NCBI RefSeq assembly: GCF_003945235.1
Contig: NZ_RSDW01000001.1
Location: 1,980,001 to 2,012,000, forward strand
Direction of reading: 5' to 3'
DNA: 32,000 bases
From: Edaphobacter aggregans
Lineage (GTDB): Bacteria; Acidobacteriota; Terriglobia; Terriglobales; Acidobacteriaceae
A program made the translations under genes and the position numbers. A model generated the notes under the pieces. It did no database searches. It was not told the origin of the DNA and saw nothing but the letters and a program-made list of their open reading frames with translations. Shown here in pieces: positions 1 through 9,041 of the stretch. Every line of letters begins with the position of its first letter. Position 1 is the stretch's first letter.

Positions 1-678
1 GGCGTCATCTTCCGCCTCGGCCGCATCTCGCCCGCCAAGGGCCCCGGCGTCATCCTCGTCTTCCGCCCGCTCGACCAGATCGTCCGCGTCTCGCTCCGTC
101 AGGAAGCCATGGAGGTCCCGCCCCAGGACGTCATCACCAAGGACAACGTCACCCTCAAGGTGAACGCCGTTATCACCCTGCGCGTCATCGACCCCACCAA
201 AGCCGTCATCGAGGTCACAAACTACATCTACCAGACCTCCCAGTTCGCCCAGACGACACTCCGCTCGGTCCTCGGCGAGGTCAACCTTGATGAACTCCTC
301 GCCCACCGCGAGACCCTCAACCAGCGCATCCAGACCATCATCGACGGCCACACCGCGCCCTTCGGCGTAAAAGTCGTCTCCGTCGAAGTCAAGCAGGTCG
401 ACATGCCCGAATCCATGCTCCGCGCCATGGCCAAACAAGCCGAAGCCGAGCGCGAAGCCCGTGCCAAGATCATCCACGCCGAAGGCGAGTTCAACGCCGC
501 CGCCAAGCTGGTCGACGCCGCCACTCTCATGGCCACCCAGCCCATGACCCTCCAACTCCGCTACCTCCAGACCCTCACCGAGATAGGTGTCGAGAAGAAT
601 ACGACCATCGTCTTCCCTCTTCCAATGGAGCTCATGAACCTGTTGAATAAAACATTGACACCGGGCTCCGAGAAGTAA
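1..678 (+). CDS. SPFH/Band 7 (stomatin-like, slipin) family protein, 5'-truncated by window edge
   Basis: Frame 1 is open from nt 1 ([50 protein letters not shown]...), so track ORF 109..678 is only the part after an internal Met. It has an SPFH core followed by an Ala/Glu-rich helix ([22 protein letters not shown]) and [10 protein letters not shown], typical of stomatin/HflK-like proteins. Confidence 0.85.
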   Translation, partial: GVIFRLGRISPAKGPGVILVFRPLDQIVRVSLRQEAMEVPPQDVITKDNVTLKVNAVITLRVIDPTKAVIEVTNYIYQTSQFAQTTLRSVLGEVNLDELLAHRETLNQRIQTIIDGHTAPFGVKVVSVEVKQVDMPESMLRAMAKQAEAEREARAKIIHAEGEFNAAAKLVDAATLMATQPMTLQLRYLQTLTEIGVEKNTTIVFPLPMELMNLLNKTLTPGSEK

Positions 679-713
679 AAGAAAGTAGCAAGAGAGAGAA
701 GAAGGAACGATCC

Positions 714-1346
714 GTGAACAGCCGCTACAACGAGGAACCCGACCTCCAAGACTACCAGGAGAGCACCGGCGAGCGCGAGATCTCCCTCAACACCGCCACC
801 ATTCTCGGCATCTTCTTCCTCCTTGCTCTCCTCTGCGCCATCTTCTTCGGCTTCGGCTACACAATGGGCCGCCGGACCACCTCGCCAGCCGCGGCACCCA
901 TAGCCGACACATCCTCAACCCTCGCCACCAACGGCAGCGCCAAACCTGCCCCCGGAAGCGCCGCCCCACAACTCACCCGTAAAGCCGTCGACGACGACAC
1001 AACCCCCACTCCGCCCACGATCCAACAAGTAGCCCAACCCCTCGAGAAGCCCGCAGCCCCCACCCCCGAACCCCCAAAGGCCGCGCCCGTAGCCGCCGCC
1101 CCAGCTGTCGCAGCCACAACCCCAGACGGCCCTCCAGCAGTAGTCCAGGTAGCCGCCGTCTCGCATCAAGAAGACGCCGACACCCTCGTCAACGCTCTCA
1201 AGCGCCGAGGCTATAGCGTAGTCGTACGCCACGAGCCACAGGACAAGCTTCTGCACATCCAGATAGGCCCGCTAGCCAGCAAGAAGGATGCCGAGGCCAT
1301 GCGCCAGCGCCTCCTCTCCGACGGCTACAACGCCATCGTCAAATAA
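714..1346 (+). CDS. SPOR domain-containing membrane protein (peptidoglycan-binding)
   Basis: GTG start with AAGGA 7 nt upstream. One TM helix (ILGIFFLLALLCAIFFGFGY), a long Pro/Ala-rich linker, and a C-terminal SPOR-like fold (VVQVAAVSHQEDADTLVNALKRRGYSVVV...IQIGPLASKKDAEAMRQRLLSDGYNAIVK). Confidence 0.75.
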   Translation: MNSRYNEEPDLQDYQESTGEREISLNTATILGIFFLLALLCAIFFGFGYTMGRRTTSPAAAPIADTSSTLATNGSAKPAPGSAAPQLTRKAVDDDTTPTPPTIQQVAQPLEKPAAPTPEPPKAAPVAAAPAVAATTPDGPPAVVQVAAVSHQEDADTLVNALKRRGYSVVVRHEPQDKLLHIQIGPLASKKDAEAMRQRLLSDGYNAIVK

Positions 1347-1349
1347 CAA

Positions 1350-1436
1350 TTGTCATTTTCAAAAGTGTGATCCTGAGCGGAGCTATTCACAGCCTCATCG
1401 TGAATAGCGCAGTCGAAGATCTGTTGTTGTTTTCTT
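1350..1436. repeat. Dispersed intergenic repeat copy 1 (TTGTCAT / TGTGATCCTGAGCGGAG ... CGAAGATCTG) with an embedded perfect 9-bp hairpin
   Basis: ttgtcat at 1350-1356 and tgtgatcctgagcggag at 1366-1382. The hairpin is gctattcac (1382-1390) / gtgaatagc (1400-1408) with a 9-nt loop. cgaagatctg lies at 1414-1423, followed by a T-rich tract. It sits between convergent genes. Related copies are at 21737-21768 and 21781-21824. Confidence 0.6.
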
Positions 1437-1460
1437 CACCGAGAAACGTCCGCAGTCTAA

Positions 1461-2222
1461 CTAGGTAGTCGCAGAGTCCACCGGCTTCATCTGTTCCGGC
1501 AGAGCCTCCGCAATCGCCTGCCGAACCGCTCGCAGCAACTCCTCACGAGTCGCATAATCCGCAGGCTCAACCACAGGCAGCATCTGGACCCGCGCCACTC
1601 CAGGCGTAATCGCAACACTGCCCTTGTGCATCATCGTCTCGGTCCCCGAGATCGCAATCGGAACAATCGGAGCCTGCGTCTGCTGCGCCAGATAGAAAGG
1701 TCCCTTCTTGAAGGTCATCAGTCTCCCATCCCGCGACCGCGTCCCTTCAGGAAACACCAGAATATGCAGCCCCGACTTCAGCGCCTCGCCAGCCGCAATG
1801 ACACTCGCTTGAGCTGCGTCCCGGTTCCCTCCACGTTCCACGGGCACAAACCCGCCCATCCGCATCGCCCGCCCAAGGATAGGAATGTTCATCAGCTCCT
1901 TCTTCAGCAGCACCGAACTCCTCCCCGGCAACATCGGCAGCAACACCGGAGGATCCAGGTTCGACACATGGTTACACATGTAGATGGAAGGCCGATCCGT
2001 CGGAACATGCTCCAGCCCCGTAACCTCCACGCGAATCCCCGCAGCCCGCACCCCTGCATTGGCGATCCACATCGCAACCCTATACAGCAGGCTGATATCC
2101 CCCACAACCAGCGTATAGGGAATCCCCACCACCCCGGCCAAGGGCCCCAGAGCCAGATACACAAACAGCAGCTTAAACGTCGCAAACATACCGCTTTTCA
2201 GAATAACGTACCCAAGCCCCAA
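1461..2222 (-). CDS. plsC: 1-acyl-sn-glycerol-3-phosphate acyltransferase (lysophospholipid acyltransferase family)
   Basis: Acyltransferase motif I NHVSNLDP (HX4D) and motif III FPEGTRS, with an N-terminal hydrophobic helix. The track start at 2222 is TTG; the ATG at 2189 (MFATFKLL...) is an alternative. Confidence 0.85.
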   Translation of the reverse strand: MGLGYVILKSGMFATFKLLFVYLALGPLAGVVGIPYTLVVGDISLLYRVAMWIANAGVRAAGIRVEVTGLEHVPTDRPSIYMCNHVSNLDPPVLLPMLPGRSSVLLKKELMNIPILGRAMRMGGFVPVERGGNRDAAQASVIAAGEALKSGLHILVFPEGTRSRDGRLMTFKKGPFYLAQQTQAPIVPIAISGTETMMHKGSVAITPGVARVQMLPVVEPADYATREELLRAVRQAIAEALPEQMKPVDSATT

Positions 2223-2519
2223 CCCTTCGTCGCCCCATCTGCCCTGAGAACACTAAGAAGTTAGTAATGCGTAGAATCTTCTCTTCGATCAGAAAAAGTT
2301 ATCAACTGCGAATCATCCATATCTATCTCGCGCATTTCTAAATCACTGTCAGATAACAGTTATGCAAATGGTCATCAAATTGCTTCAAATAACAGATAAG
2401 AAAAGGCCTGTCGTAAGTGGAAGCACCGACATCATACAGTTCGGACCTTCTGGCAGGCGGTCTTGAACGAGTCACTTCTCTCTTTTCCAGATCCCTAAAC
2501 GGAACTCAGGAGGATTTAC

Positions 2520-3182
2520 ATGAAACTCTATTCGAAGGCTTCGGTCTTTGGAGCAGCATTACTTGCTTTAACGACCGCTTTTGCGTCAGCAGATACGATT
2601 CAACTAGGTAGTTACCAGACCGGTGGTTCAAGCCTCGGTAATGGAAACACTGCTGTTGCTTTTGTGGGATCGTCTACCACAACATTTGCGCTCTCCCCAG
2701 ATGGTGTGTGGGCTCCCGCAGGAGCCAACTCCGTCTGGGTCTCCAATAATGCAGGATCAGGCCCAGGAGGAAGCGTTGTCGAGCCTACCGCTATCTATTC
2801 GTACACCACCACCTTCAATACCTTATCCAGCAATTACACAGGCTCTATCTCGGTACTGGCAGATGACACAGCCGATGTGATCTTCAACGGTCACATGCTG
2901 CAAGCAGAGGGCAGTATCGGTGCCGACACTCATTGCGCTAGCGGACCTCCTAACTGCAGCGTTCCAACATTGATTACCCTTCCGAGTGGGGACTTCCTGA
3001 CTGGCCTAAACACACTGCAATTCGATGTACAGCAAGAGATCGCTCAAACAGGACTTGATTTCTATGGATCAGTCTCGTCGCCAGTCTCCACCTCAGCCAT
3101 TCCAGAGCCGGGTACATTGTTGCTCTTGGGTACCGGTCTTATAGGATCTGCATTCTTACTAATGCGCAAGAGACTGGCATAG
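2520..3182 (+). CDS. PEP-CTERM sorting domain-containing secreted protein
   Basis: Signal peptide MKLYSKASVFGAALLALTTAFASA, a Gly/Ser/Thr-rich body, and a C-terminal IPEPGTLLLLGTGLIGSAFLLMRKRLA (PEP motif + TM + basic tail). AGGAGG at 2508-2513 lies 6 nt before the ATG. G+C is visibly lower and A/T-ending codons are more frequent than in the flanking genes. Confidence 0.85.
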   Translation: MKLYSKASVFGAALLALTTAFASADTIQLGSYQTGGSSLGNGNTAVAFVGSSTTTFALSPDGVWAPAGANSVWVSNNAGSGPGGSVVEPTAIYSYTTTFNTLSSNYTGSISVLADDTADVIFNGHMLQAEGSIGADTHCASGPPNCSVPTLITLPSGDFLTGLNTLQFDVQQEIAQTGLDFYGSVSSPVSTSAIPEPGTLLLLGTGLIGSAFLLMRKRLA

Positions 3183-3207
3183 CACAAAACACGAAGCCAA
3201 AAACACT

Positions 3208-3251
3208 AAAACCCACCGGAAGTGCCCATGGCATCTATGGTGGGTTTTTGT
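3208..3251 (+). terminator. Rho-independent terminator after the PEP-CTERM gene
   Basis: aaaacccacc (3208-3217) is the perfect reverse complement of ggtgggtttt (3239-3248). The stem runs into a T-tract (3245-3249), 26 nt after the stop codon. Confidence 0.7.
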
Positions 3252-3361
3252 GTGTAGAACGCTTCTTTCGGCAACCATTCCTCTAGAAGGACTTCTAAGA
3301 GGAATCCAGCTCTAACCAAACCAAAAATAAAAATGGCACAGAGTGGGAAGGGCACCCCCTC

Positions 3362-4828
3362 TTACATATCGCCTCTGGGCTGCAGCGTACGTCCAGCACG
3401 CAAAACGATCGAATCCGAGATAGCCCGCGGTAGCTTTTGATAAATTCCGCCGAACCCTCCATTCGAAAGGATCGCCACAACATCGCCATCCCGCAACTCC
3501 GGTGCAATAGCAACCACGATCGCATCCGCATCCGTATGAACCGAAGCCGGAACACCCCGCTCATTCAAGGCTGTAATAACATGCTCCGGAACCAGCCGCT
3601 CATTCGCAGGAATGCTCTCCGACTTGAACACTGAAGCCAGCACAACCCGATCAGCCAACGCAAGACTGTCCACCAACGCCGTCTCGAACACGTTCCGTCG
3701 CAGCGTATTCGACCGCGGCTCAAGCACCGCCAGCAGCCGCTGTCCGGGATAGCGCTCCCGCAAGGCCCGCAGCGTCTCGCGAATCGCCGTCGGATGGTGC
3801 GCAAAGTCATCGATGATCGTCACGCCGCCAACTACAGCACGCACCTCGAGCCTGCGTTTGACACTCTTGAACGTCGCAAGCGCCTCAGCGATGGCCTCAA
3901 TCGGAATGCCCTGCCCAGCCGCAAGCGCCGCAGCAGCCGTAGCGTTCAGAGCATTGTGCTCACCAGCCATCGGTAAACTCAACTCGGCGAACGGCTCACC
4001 GCCGCGCAGAAGCGTCCATCGCGTCAACGGCCCATCATGGCGAAGATGCGTAACGCGCCAATGCGACTGTTCACCGAAACCATACCGCTCCACCGCACAA
4101 AACGCCCGCGCAACACATTCGCTGACGTTCTCGCTCCCATCGAAAGCAACGATACGTCCGCGCCGCGGGATCAGATTCACAAACCGTTTGAACGCCGTCT
4201 TCACAGCAGAAAGATCTACGTAAATATCGGCATGGTCGAACTCCACATGTGTCAGAATCGCCGCATCTGGAAAGTAGTGCAGAAACTTCGGCCCCTTATC
4301 GAAGAAGGCCGTATCGTACTCATCGCCCTCCAGCAGAAACGGCCGTGTTGGCCGCACCATAAAGCTGGTCGCGAAGTTCTCCGCCACGCCCCCAATCAGG
4401 AACGAAGGAGCAAGCGTCGTATCCCTCCACGAGGCCACCTCGTAGATCCAGGCGAGCATGCTCGTCGTCGTCGTCTTCCCATGCGTGCCCGCCACCACCA
4501 GCGACTCGCGCCCTCTCAGGAATTCGTCATGCAAAATCGAAGCCATCGAGCAAAACGGAATCCGCGCATCCAGCACATACTCCAGCTCCACATTGCCACG
4601 CGAAATGGCGTTACCGACCACTACCAGATCCGGCCGTAGCTCCAGATTGCACTCCGCATACGGCTCATAAACCGGAATCCCCAGCCCGCGCAGCAAATCG
4701 CTCATCGGCGGATAAGCCGCAGCGTCCGAGCCTGTAATGTAGTGGCCCTGCATTTGCAACATGCCCGCCAGCGAAGCCATAGCCGTGCCGCAGATGCCGA
4801 TTAAATGAATGTGTTTAGGACTTTGCAT
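3362..4828 (-). CDS. mpl: UDP-N-acetylmuramate:L-alanyl-gamma-D-glutamyl-meso-diaminopimelate ligase (murein peptide ligase)
   Basis: 488 aa, collinear by eye with E. coli Mpl: HLIGICGTAMASLAGMLQMQGHYITGSD, the ATP site GTHGKTTT, EGDEYDTAFFDKGPKF, LEFDHADI-like VEFDHADI, DDFAHHPTAI, LEPRSNT and SNGGFGGIYQKL. Confidence 0.9.
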   Translation of the reverse strand: MQSPKHIHLIGICGTAMASLAGMLQMQGHYITGSDAAAYPPMSDLLRGLGIPVYEPYAECNLELRPDLVVVGNAISRGNVELEYVLDARIPFCSMASILHDEFLRGRESLVVAGTHGKTTTTSMLAWIYEVASWRDTTLAPSFLIGGVAENFATSFMVRPTRPFLLEGDEYDTAFFDKGPKFLHYFPDAAILTHVEFDHADIYVDLSAVKTAFKRFVNLIPRRGRIVAFDGSENVSECVARAFCAVERYGFGEQSHWRVTHLRHDGPLTRWTLLRGGEPFAELSLPMAGEHNALNATAAAALAAGQGIPIEAIAEALATFKSVKRRLEVRAVVGGVTIIDDFAHHPTAIRETLRALRERYPGQRLLAVLEPRSNTLRRNVFETALVDSLALADRVVLASVFKSESIPANERLVPEHVITALNERGVPASVHTDADAIVVAIAPELRDGDVVAILSNGGFGGIYQKLPRAISDSIVLRAGRTLQPRGDM

Positions 4829-4844
4829 GAATCGTCAGAGAAGA

Positions 4845-5786
4845 TTAAACCGTAACAGCTGCCTCGATAAATTGCATCCGCGAATTTTCTCCAATTGACA
4901 GATCAAGCCTGACAGAAACACCCAGCGGAAGCGTGATATTCCCCTTGTCAACGTGTCCGGAACGAAGTCCAATCGCCACTGGGCCGTCAAAATCCCGCAG
5001 CGCATGCAGAATCGCGCCTTCCAGATACTCCTGCTCCTCCGTAGTGACGCACTGACGCATATCGCCAAAGACGATGCCCCTCACACCCTCCAGCCGGCCC
5101 GCATACCGCAGGTGCAAAAGCAGCCGATCCCACTGATACGGCTTCGTCCCAATATCCTCAAGGAAGAGAATCGTATTCTTGCCGACCTGCGGAGCATAGG
5201 GAGTACCCAGCGCCTCCGCATAGATCGAGATGCACCCGCCGCGAAGCCTGCCTTCCGCGACGCCGGCACGCAGAACCCGCAATCCATCCGCTGCACCAAG
5301 CGACCAGGCACCATCACCCTCGAACGTATGTCGCCAACTAGTCATATCCACGCCATCCTCGCGCGAAAAATCCGCCGCAACCATCGGTCCATAAAAGCTG
5401 ATCAGATTAGCCTCATTCTCCAGCCAGCTATGCAGCGAGGTATGGTCGCTGTATCCGATAAACGCCTTAGGATTCGCGCGAATCAGCTCAGCATTTAGAT
5501 ACGGCAGCAGCTCCGCCGAGCCCCAGCCTCCGCGCGTGCAAACGATACCATCGATCGCTGGATCCGCGAAGGCAGCATGCAGGTCGGCAAGTCGATCCTC
5601 GAACCGGCCGGCGTAATATAGCGGTCCGCTATCCAGAGCGTGCGGACTCAAGACCGTCCGATACCCCAGCGTCTGCATGTGTTTGAGCCCGCGTTCCACC
5701 AGTTCAGGCTTCGGCGTACTCGCAGGCGAAAGGACTGCCAGTGTCGCGCCTGGTCGCAAAGCCGCAGGCTTCACAAGTGCATTCAC
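4845..5786 (-). CDS. ldcA: LD-carboxypeptidase (muramoyltetrapeptide carboxypeptidase, peptidase S66)
   Basis: S66 triad context is present: nucleophile GYSDHTSLH, acid FLEDIGTKPYQWDR, His in LRSGHVDKGNITLPLG. It lies 16 nt upstream of mpl, and its start overlaps the stop of the dapF-like gene by 4 nt. Confidence 0.85.
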   Translation of the reverse strand: MNALVKPAALRPGATLAVLSPASTPKPELVERGLKHMQTLGYRTVLSPHALDSGPLYYAGRFEDRLADLHAAFADPAIDGIVCTRGGWGSAELLPYLNAELIRANPKAFIGYSDHTSLHSWLENEANLISFYGPMVAADFSREDGVDMTSWRHTFEGDGAWSLGAADGLRVLRAGVAEGRLRGGCISIYAEALGTPYAPQVGKNTILFLEDIGTKPYQWDRLLLHLRYAGRLEGVRGIVFGDMRQCVTTEEQEYLEGAILHALRDFDGPVAIGLRSGHVDKGNITLPLGVSVRLDLSIGENSRMQFIEAAVTV

Positions 5787-6586
5787 AGTCCAGCAACCTC
5801 ACCACGGCAGATAATCTCGGCTGGCCCAGTCAATTGCATCGCCACATCAGCAGAAGACCAAACGGTACGCTGCGGACCGCCCTCAGCATTGGCAGTCAAC
5901 TCTCGCGCAACTCCACGCAGAGCCATCGCCGCCGCCGAGGATGCACACGTTCCCGTACCGGACGAAGTCGTTGGCCCGCACCCACGCTCATAAATACGAA
6001 ACGCAATCTCATTTTCGCTGAGCACCCGGACAAATTCCACATTTGTTCCATGTGGAAACAGCGGACTGGTGCTGATGCGCGCTCCAAGCTCTTGCCACCG
6101 AAGCCCGTGCGCACTGAAATCCTCCGAATTGACAAACAGAACAAAGTGCGGATTACCCACATTGACCATGGCTCCCACCACGTTCCCGACACCCGGAAGC
6201 TCAATCGTCCGTGGCATCACACGCGGCACACCCATCCCGCTCTCAATCAGATACAACGGATCCGCCACCTCGACGACACGGCACGTGCGAACACCTCCAT
6301 GCGTACCGAGAGCCACCTCATCCAAGCCTTCACTACTCGCAAGCCATGCAGCTACACAACGAGTCCCGTTGCCGGACAACTCCGCTTCACTCCCATCCGC
6401 GTTGAAAAGCCGCAGGAAAAATTCGCCATTCGGCCTGCGCTCCAGAAACTCAATACCATCCGCGCCAACGCTTGTGTTCCGTGAGCAGAGCTTGCGCGCA
6501 AGTTCAGCATGACGCCGCCCCGCCAGATGTTCTTCAATAATCAGAAAGTCATTGCCGCAGGCGTGTGCCTTCACAAAAGGAATCAT
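5783..6586 (-). CDS. dapF: Diaminopimelate epimerase (DapF) family protein; both catalytic Cys positions are Ser
   Basis: MIPFVKAHACGNDFLIIE, LFNADGSEAELSGNGTRC, VGNPHFV and IYERGCGPTTSSGTGTCA are collinear with E. coli DapF. I prefer the ATG at 6586 because the track start at 6640 would overlap the mgtC-like gene ending at 6594. See the finding on the Ser substitutions (codons 6374-6376 and 5960-5962). Confidence 0.8.
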   Translation of the reverse strand: MIPFVKAHACGNDFLIIEEHLAGRRHAELARKLCSRNTSVGADGIEFLERRPNGEFFLRLFNADGSEAELSGNGTRCVAAWLASSEGLDEVALGTHGGVRTCRVVEVADPLYLIESGMGVPRVMPRTIELPGVGNVVGAMVNVGNPHFVLFVNSEDFSAHGLRWQELGARISTSPLFPHGTNVEFVRVLSENEIAFRIYERGCGPTTSSGTGTCASSAAAMALRGVARELTANAEGGPQRTVWSSADVAMQLTGPAEIICRGEVAGL

Positions 6587-6593
6587 GATGTTC

Positions 6594-7331
6594 TTATTCT
6601 GCCTCAACATCACGAAATGCGAGGACTTGATCAGCCTCATCGCTGGCCCTCAGCTCCGCGAGAAGATGAGCATGCATCTTTGCATTTCCCTTCACGACAA
6701 AGGTCAGCCTCTCAAGCGCCGCCACGCTATCTCGCTCAATGACGTTCAACCGCTCGCCCGCCCGATCCATAACGCTCAGGATCGCCACATACATCTTGTT
6801 CTGATTCGTTCCGCGAACTTCATAGATCAGCGGATATCGCTGCCAGCCAATGATCCCCTCAAGATGGCCGATGAAAATCAGGGAAATCAGCGTAATCATC
6901 GTCGCCAGAACCGCCTCGATGTACAGGCCCGCGCCACAAGCCATGCCGATCGACGCAACCACAAAGACAGTCGCCGCACTCGTCAGCCCAACAACTCGAT
7001 CACGCGTATGCAGAATCAGGCCTGCTCCAAGGAACCCTATCCCCTGCACGATGTTCGAAGCAACTCGTCCCTTATCAGGATTCCCGTCGCCCGCCAAAAC
7101 CGCCGAAAGCAGCGTAAAGAAAGCACAGCCCATACACAGCAGCATGTTCGTACGCAAACCTGACGCCTTGTGCCGCCGTTCCCGCTCAAGGCCAATTGCT
7201 CCGCCCAGCAGGCACGCCGCAACCAATCGCGCTGCTGTACCCATGGAGAGCAGCTCTTGATCAATCTGACTGAAATGAAATGATGACGGAATCAACATAA
7301 GTCTGCGTGGATAGTAGCACCGTAAGCCCAC
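6594..7331 (-). CDS. MgtC/SapB family membrane protein
   Basis: MgtC signature LLGGAIGLERERRHKASGLRTNMLLCMG, about 4-5 TM helices, and a C-terminal soluble domain. The start is uncertain: in-frame ATGs at 7298 and 7244 are alternatives to 7331. Confidence 0.75.
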   Translation of the reverse strand: MGLRCYYPRRLMLIPSSFHFSQIDQELLSMGTAARLVAACLLGGAIGLERERRHKASGLRTNMLLCMGCAFFTLLSAVLAGDGNPDKGRVASNIVQGIGFLGAGLILHTRDRVVGLTSAATVFVVASIGMACGAGLYIEAVLATMITLISLIFIGHLEGIIGWQRYPLIYEVRGTNQNKMYVAILSVMDRAGERLNVIERDSVAALERLTFVVKGNAKMHAHLLAELRASDEADQVLAFRDVEAE

Positions 7332-7376
7332 AATGTAGCGACTCTCTCGCCAGGCGTATCCAAGCCAATATCCGGT

Positions 7377-9041
7377 CTACGAAGCTCCAGGCGGCAGCGA
7401 AAATCGCTCCGACCGATAGATCCGCGCACATGGCTGCCCCGTCGTGCAAAGCACTGTCAGCTCAGTAAGCCCTTGAGGGCGTTCCGCCACAGCCTTCGAG
7501 ACCGCATCGCCGGCCATCGCAATCACATACGCAGCCCGCCCCGCCGGATCGGCCAACGCCGCCATCCAGCTGTCGTAATCATTCTCATTCCATGTCTGCT
7601 TTAGCGGAATGCCAGCCTGCTGCAGCGCACCGACATGGTCGGAAACATACATCAGGATCGGAACTCCCGCTGGAAAGCTCTTGAGCTCCCGCGCCAGCGC
7701 CGCCTCGAACGCCACCCGCGTCGTCGAATTTACCTGCGCCTCTTTCAGAACAAGAGGCACCCGATACATCATCGCAACCGTATTGGCCGCGATTAGCGCG
7801 AGCGCAATCGGATGCATCAGTCGCGACTTCAGAGGCTGCGACGCCCTCCATCGCTGCTCAATCCAGGCCACCGCAAAGAACAGGAACACAGCAAGCGCCG
7901 GCAACAACTCCATTCCATACCGCGAGTTGTAGTACGAGTGCGGCCAAAGCGGCGGGATAAAAATCGGGACCGATCCGAACGCAACCGAGTACACGTAGAA
8001 GGCCAGCGGCAACCAAAGAAGAATCACGACCTGCGTAAACCCGCGCCGAACCGCAAGCACCGATCCAGCGATCGCCACAGCCATTACAGCAAACCCAATC
8101 TCCCAGGCAGCAGCATCCAACTGCGCCGTACGCATATACAGAATCAATGCCCAAACAGGATTGTGCCATCCGCGATAATGTCCCGCACCCGGAGGAGTCG
8201 TCTTCCTCTCAATAGCCCCAGCCGAGTAAGGCCCACGCATAAAGTCGAGCGCATCATGAAAGAAATGCTGGTTATATGCAAGCCAACTCAGCGGCCCAGC
8301 CACCGTCAGCAGTGTAAACACCACAAAGAACGGAGCCACAGCACGCCACACATCGCGTTTCCGTCTGAGCTCCCAGGCCACCACGCACCACACAACGGCG
8401 CCGAGCACCCACCCGTCGTACCGTGTAAAGACCGCCGCCATGATAAACAGCGCAATCAGAATCATCCGCCGCGCAACGAAACCAGTCTTCCCACGATGAA
8501 TCGCATCGACGCATTCGACCGTCAGCAGCGTCAGCCAAATCAGCAGCGCAAGAAACAGCGGCTCGGTCATCGCTGTCGTCGACAGATACAGCAGGTTCGG
8601 ATTCAGCCCAAAAAACAACGTCGCGGCAAGCGCCCACTTCGGCGTCATCATGCGCCGCGCCAGCCGGTACAGTCCTGCAACACCCGCCACATAGCACAGC
8701 AACGACGGCCACGAACCAGCCAATCCGTTCTGCCACCATTCCATCTTTTGCACGAACGGAACCATCAGCAGGTGCGGCAGCGGAAGCCACACTCCGCCAA
8801 GCTGCGACAACCCCGGATTGCGCGAATCCAGAATCCGCCGCGCAATTCCCAGGTGCGCGACCGCATCCCCATACAGCAGCACATATCCGCGCAGAAAGCT
8901 GACAATCAGTGCAACAAAGCCCACAACAACAGCGGCCAGCGCTACAGGACGTGTCTCCTCCCGAGTAGCTGGCCGCACCACATCGCCGCTTCCTTCGACA
9001 ACCGGAGCAAGCGGACCCGATCTACGCCCGCGTCGTGTCAA
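7377..9041 (-). CDS. Polytopic membrane glycosyltransferase, GT-C fold (ArnT/PMT-like, GT39/GT83-type)
   Basis: 554 aa with an Arg-rich N-terminus and at least 10 hydrophobic segments. An acidic first-loop motif (LLYGDAVAHLGIARR) and a soluble C-terminal domain are present. The family call rests on architecture only. The track start at 9041 is TTG and overlaps the pfkB-type gene by 20 nt; the GTG at 8981, preceded by GAAGGAAG, is an alternative. Confidence 0.55.
   Translation of the reverse strand: MTRRGRRSGPLAPVVEGSGDVVRPATREETRPVALAAVVVGFVALIVSFLRGYVLLYGDAVAHLGIARRILDSRNPGLSQLGGVWLPLPHLLMVPFVQKMEWWQNGLAGSWPSLLCYVAGVAGLYRLARRMMTPKWALAATLFFGLNPNLLYLSTTAMTEPLFLALLIWLTLLTVECVDAIHRGKTGFVARRMILIALFIMAAVFTRYDGWVLGAVVWCVVAWELRRKRDVWRAVAPFFVVFTLLTVAGPLSWLAYNQHFFHDALDFMRGPYSAGAIERKTTPPGAGHYRGWHNPVWALILYMRTAQLDAAAWEIGFAVMAVAIAGSVLAVRRGFTQVVILLWLPLAFYVYSVAFGSVPIFIPPLWPHSYYNSRYGMELLPALAVFLFFAVAWIEQRWRASQPLKSRLMHPIALALIAANTVAMMYRVPLVLKEAQVNSTTRVAFEAALARELKSFPAGVPILMYVSDHVGALQQAGIPLKQTWNENDYDSWMAALADPAGRAAYVIAMAGDAVSKAVAERPQGLTELTVLCTTGQPCARIYRSERFSLPPGAS

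Noticed and set aside
2417-2611. 64-aa ORF overlapping the PEP-CTERM gene start
   Set aside because: It is out of frame with the PEP-CTERM gene, which has a strong AGGAGG RBS and a signal peptide. The ORF itself has no RBS or motif.
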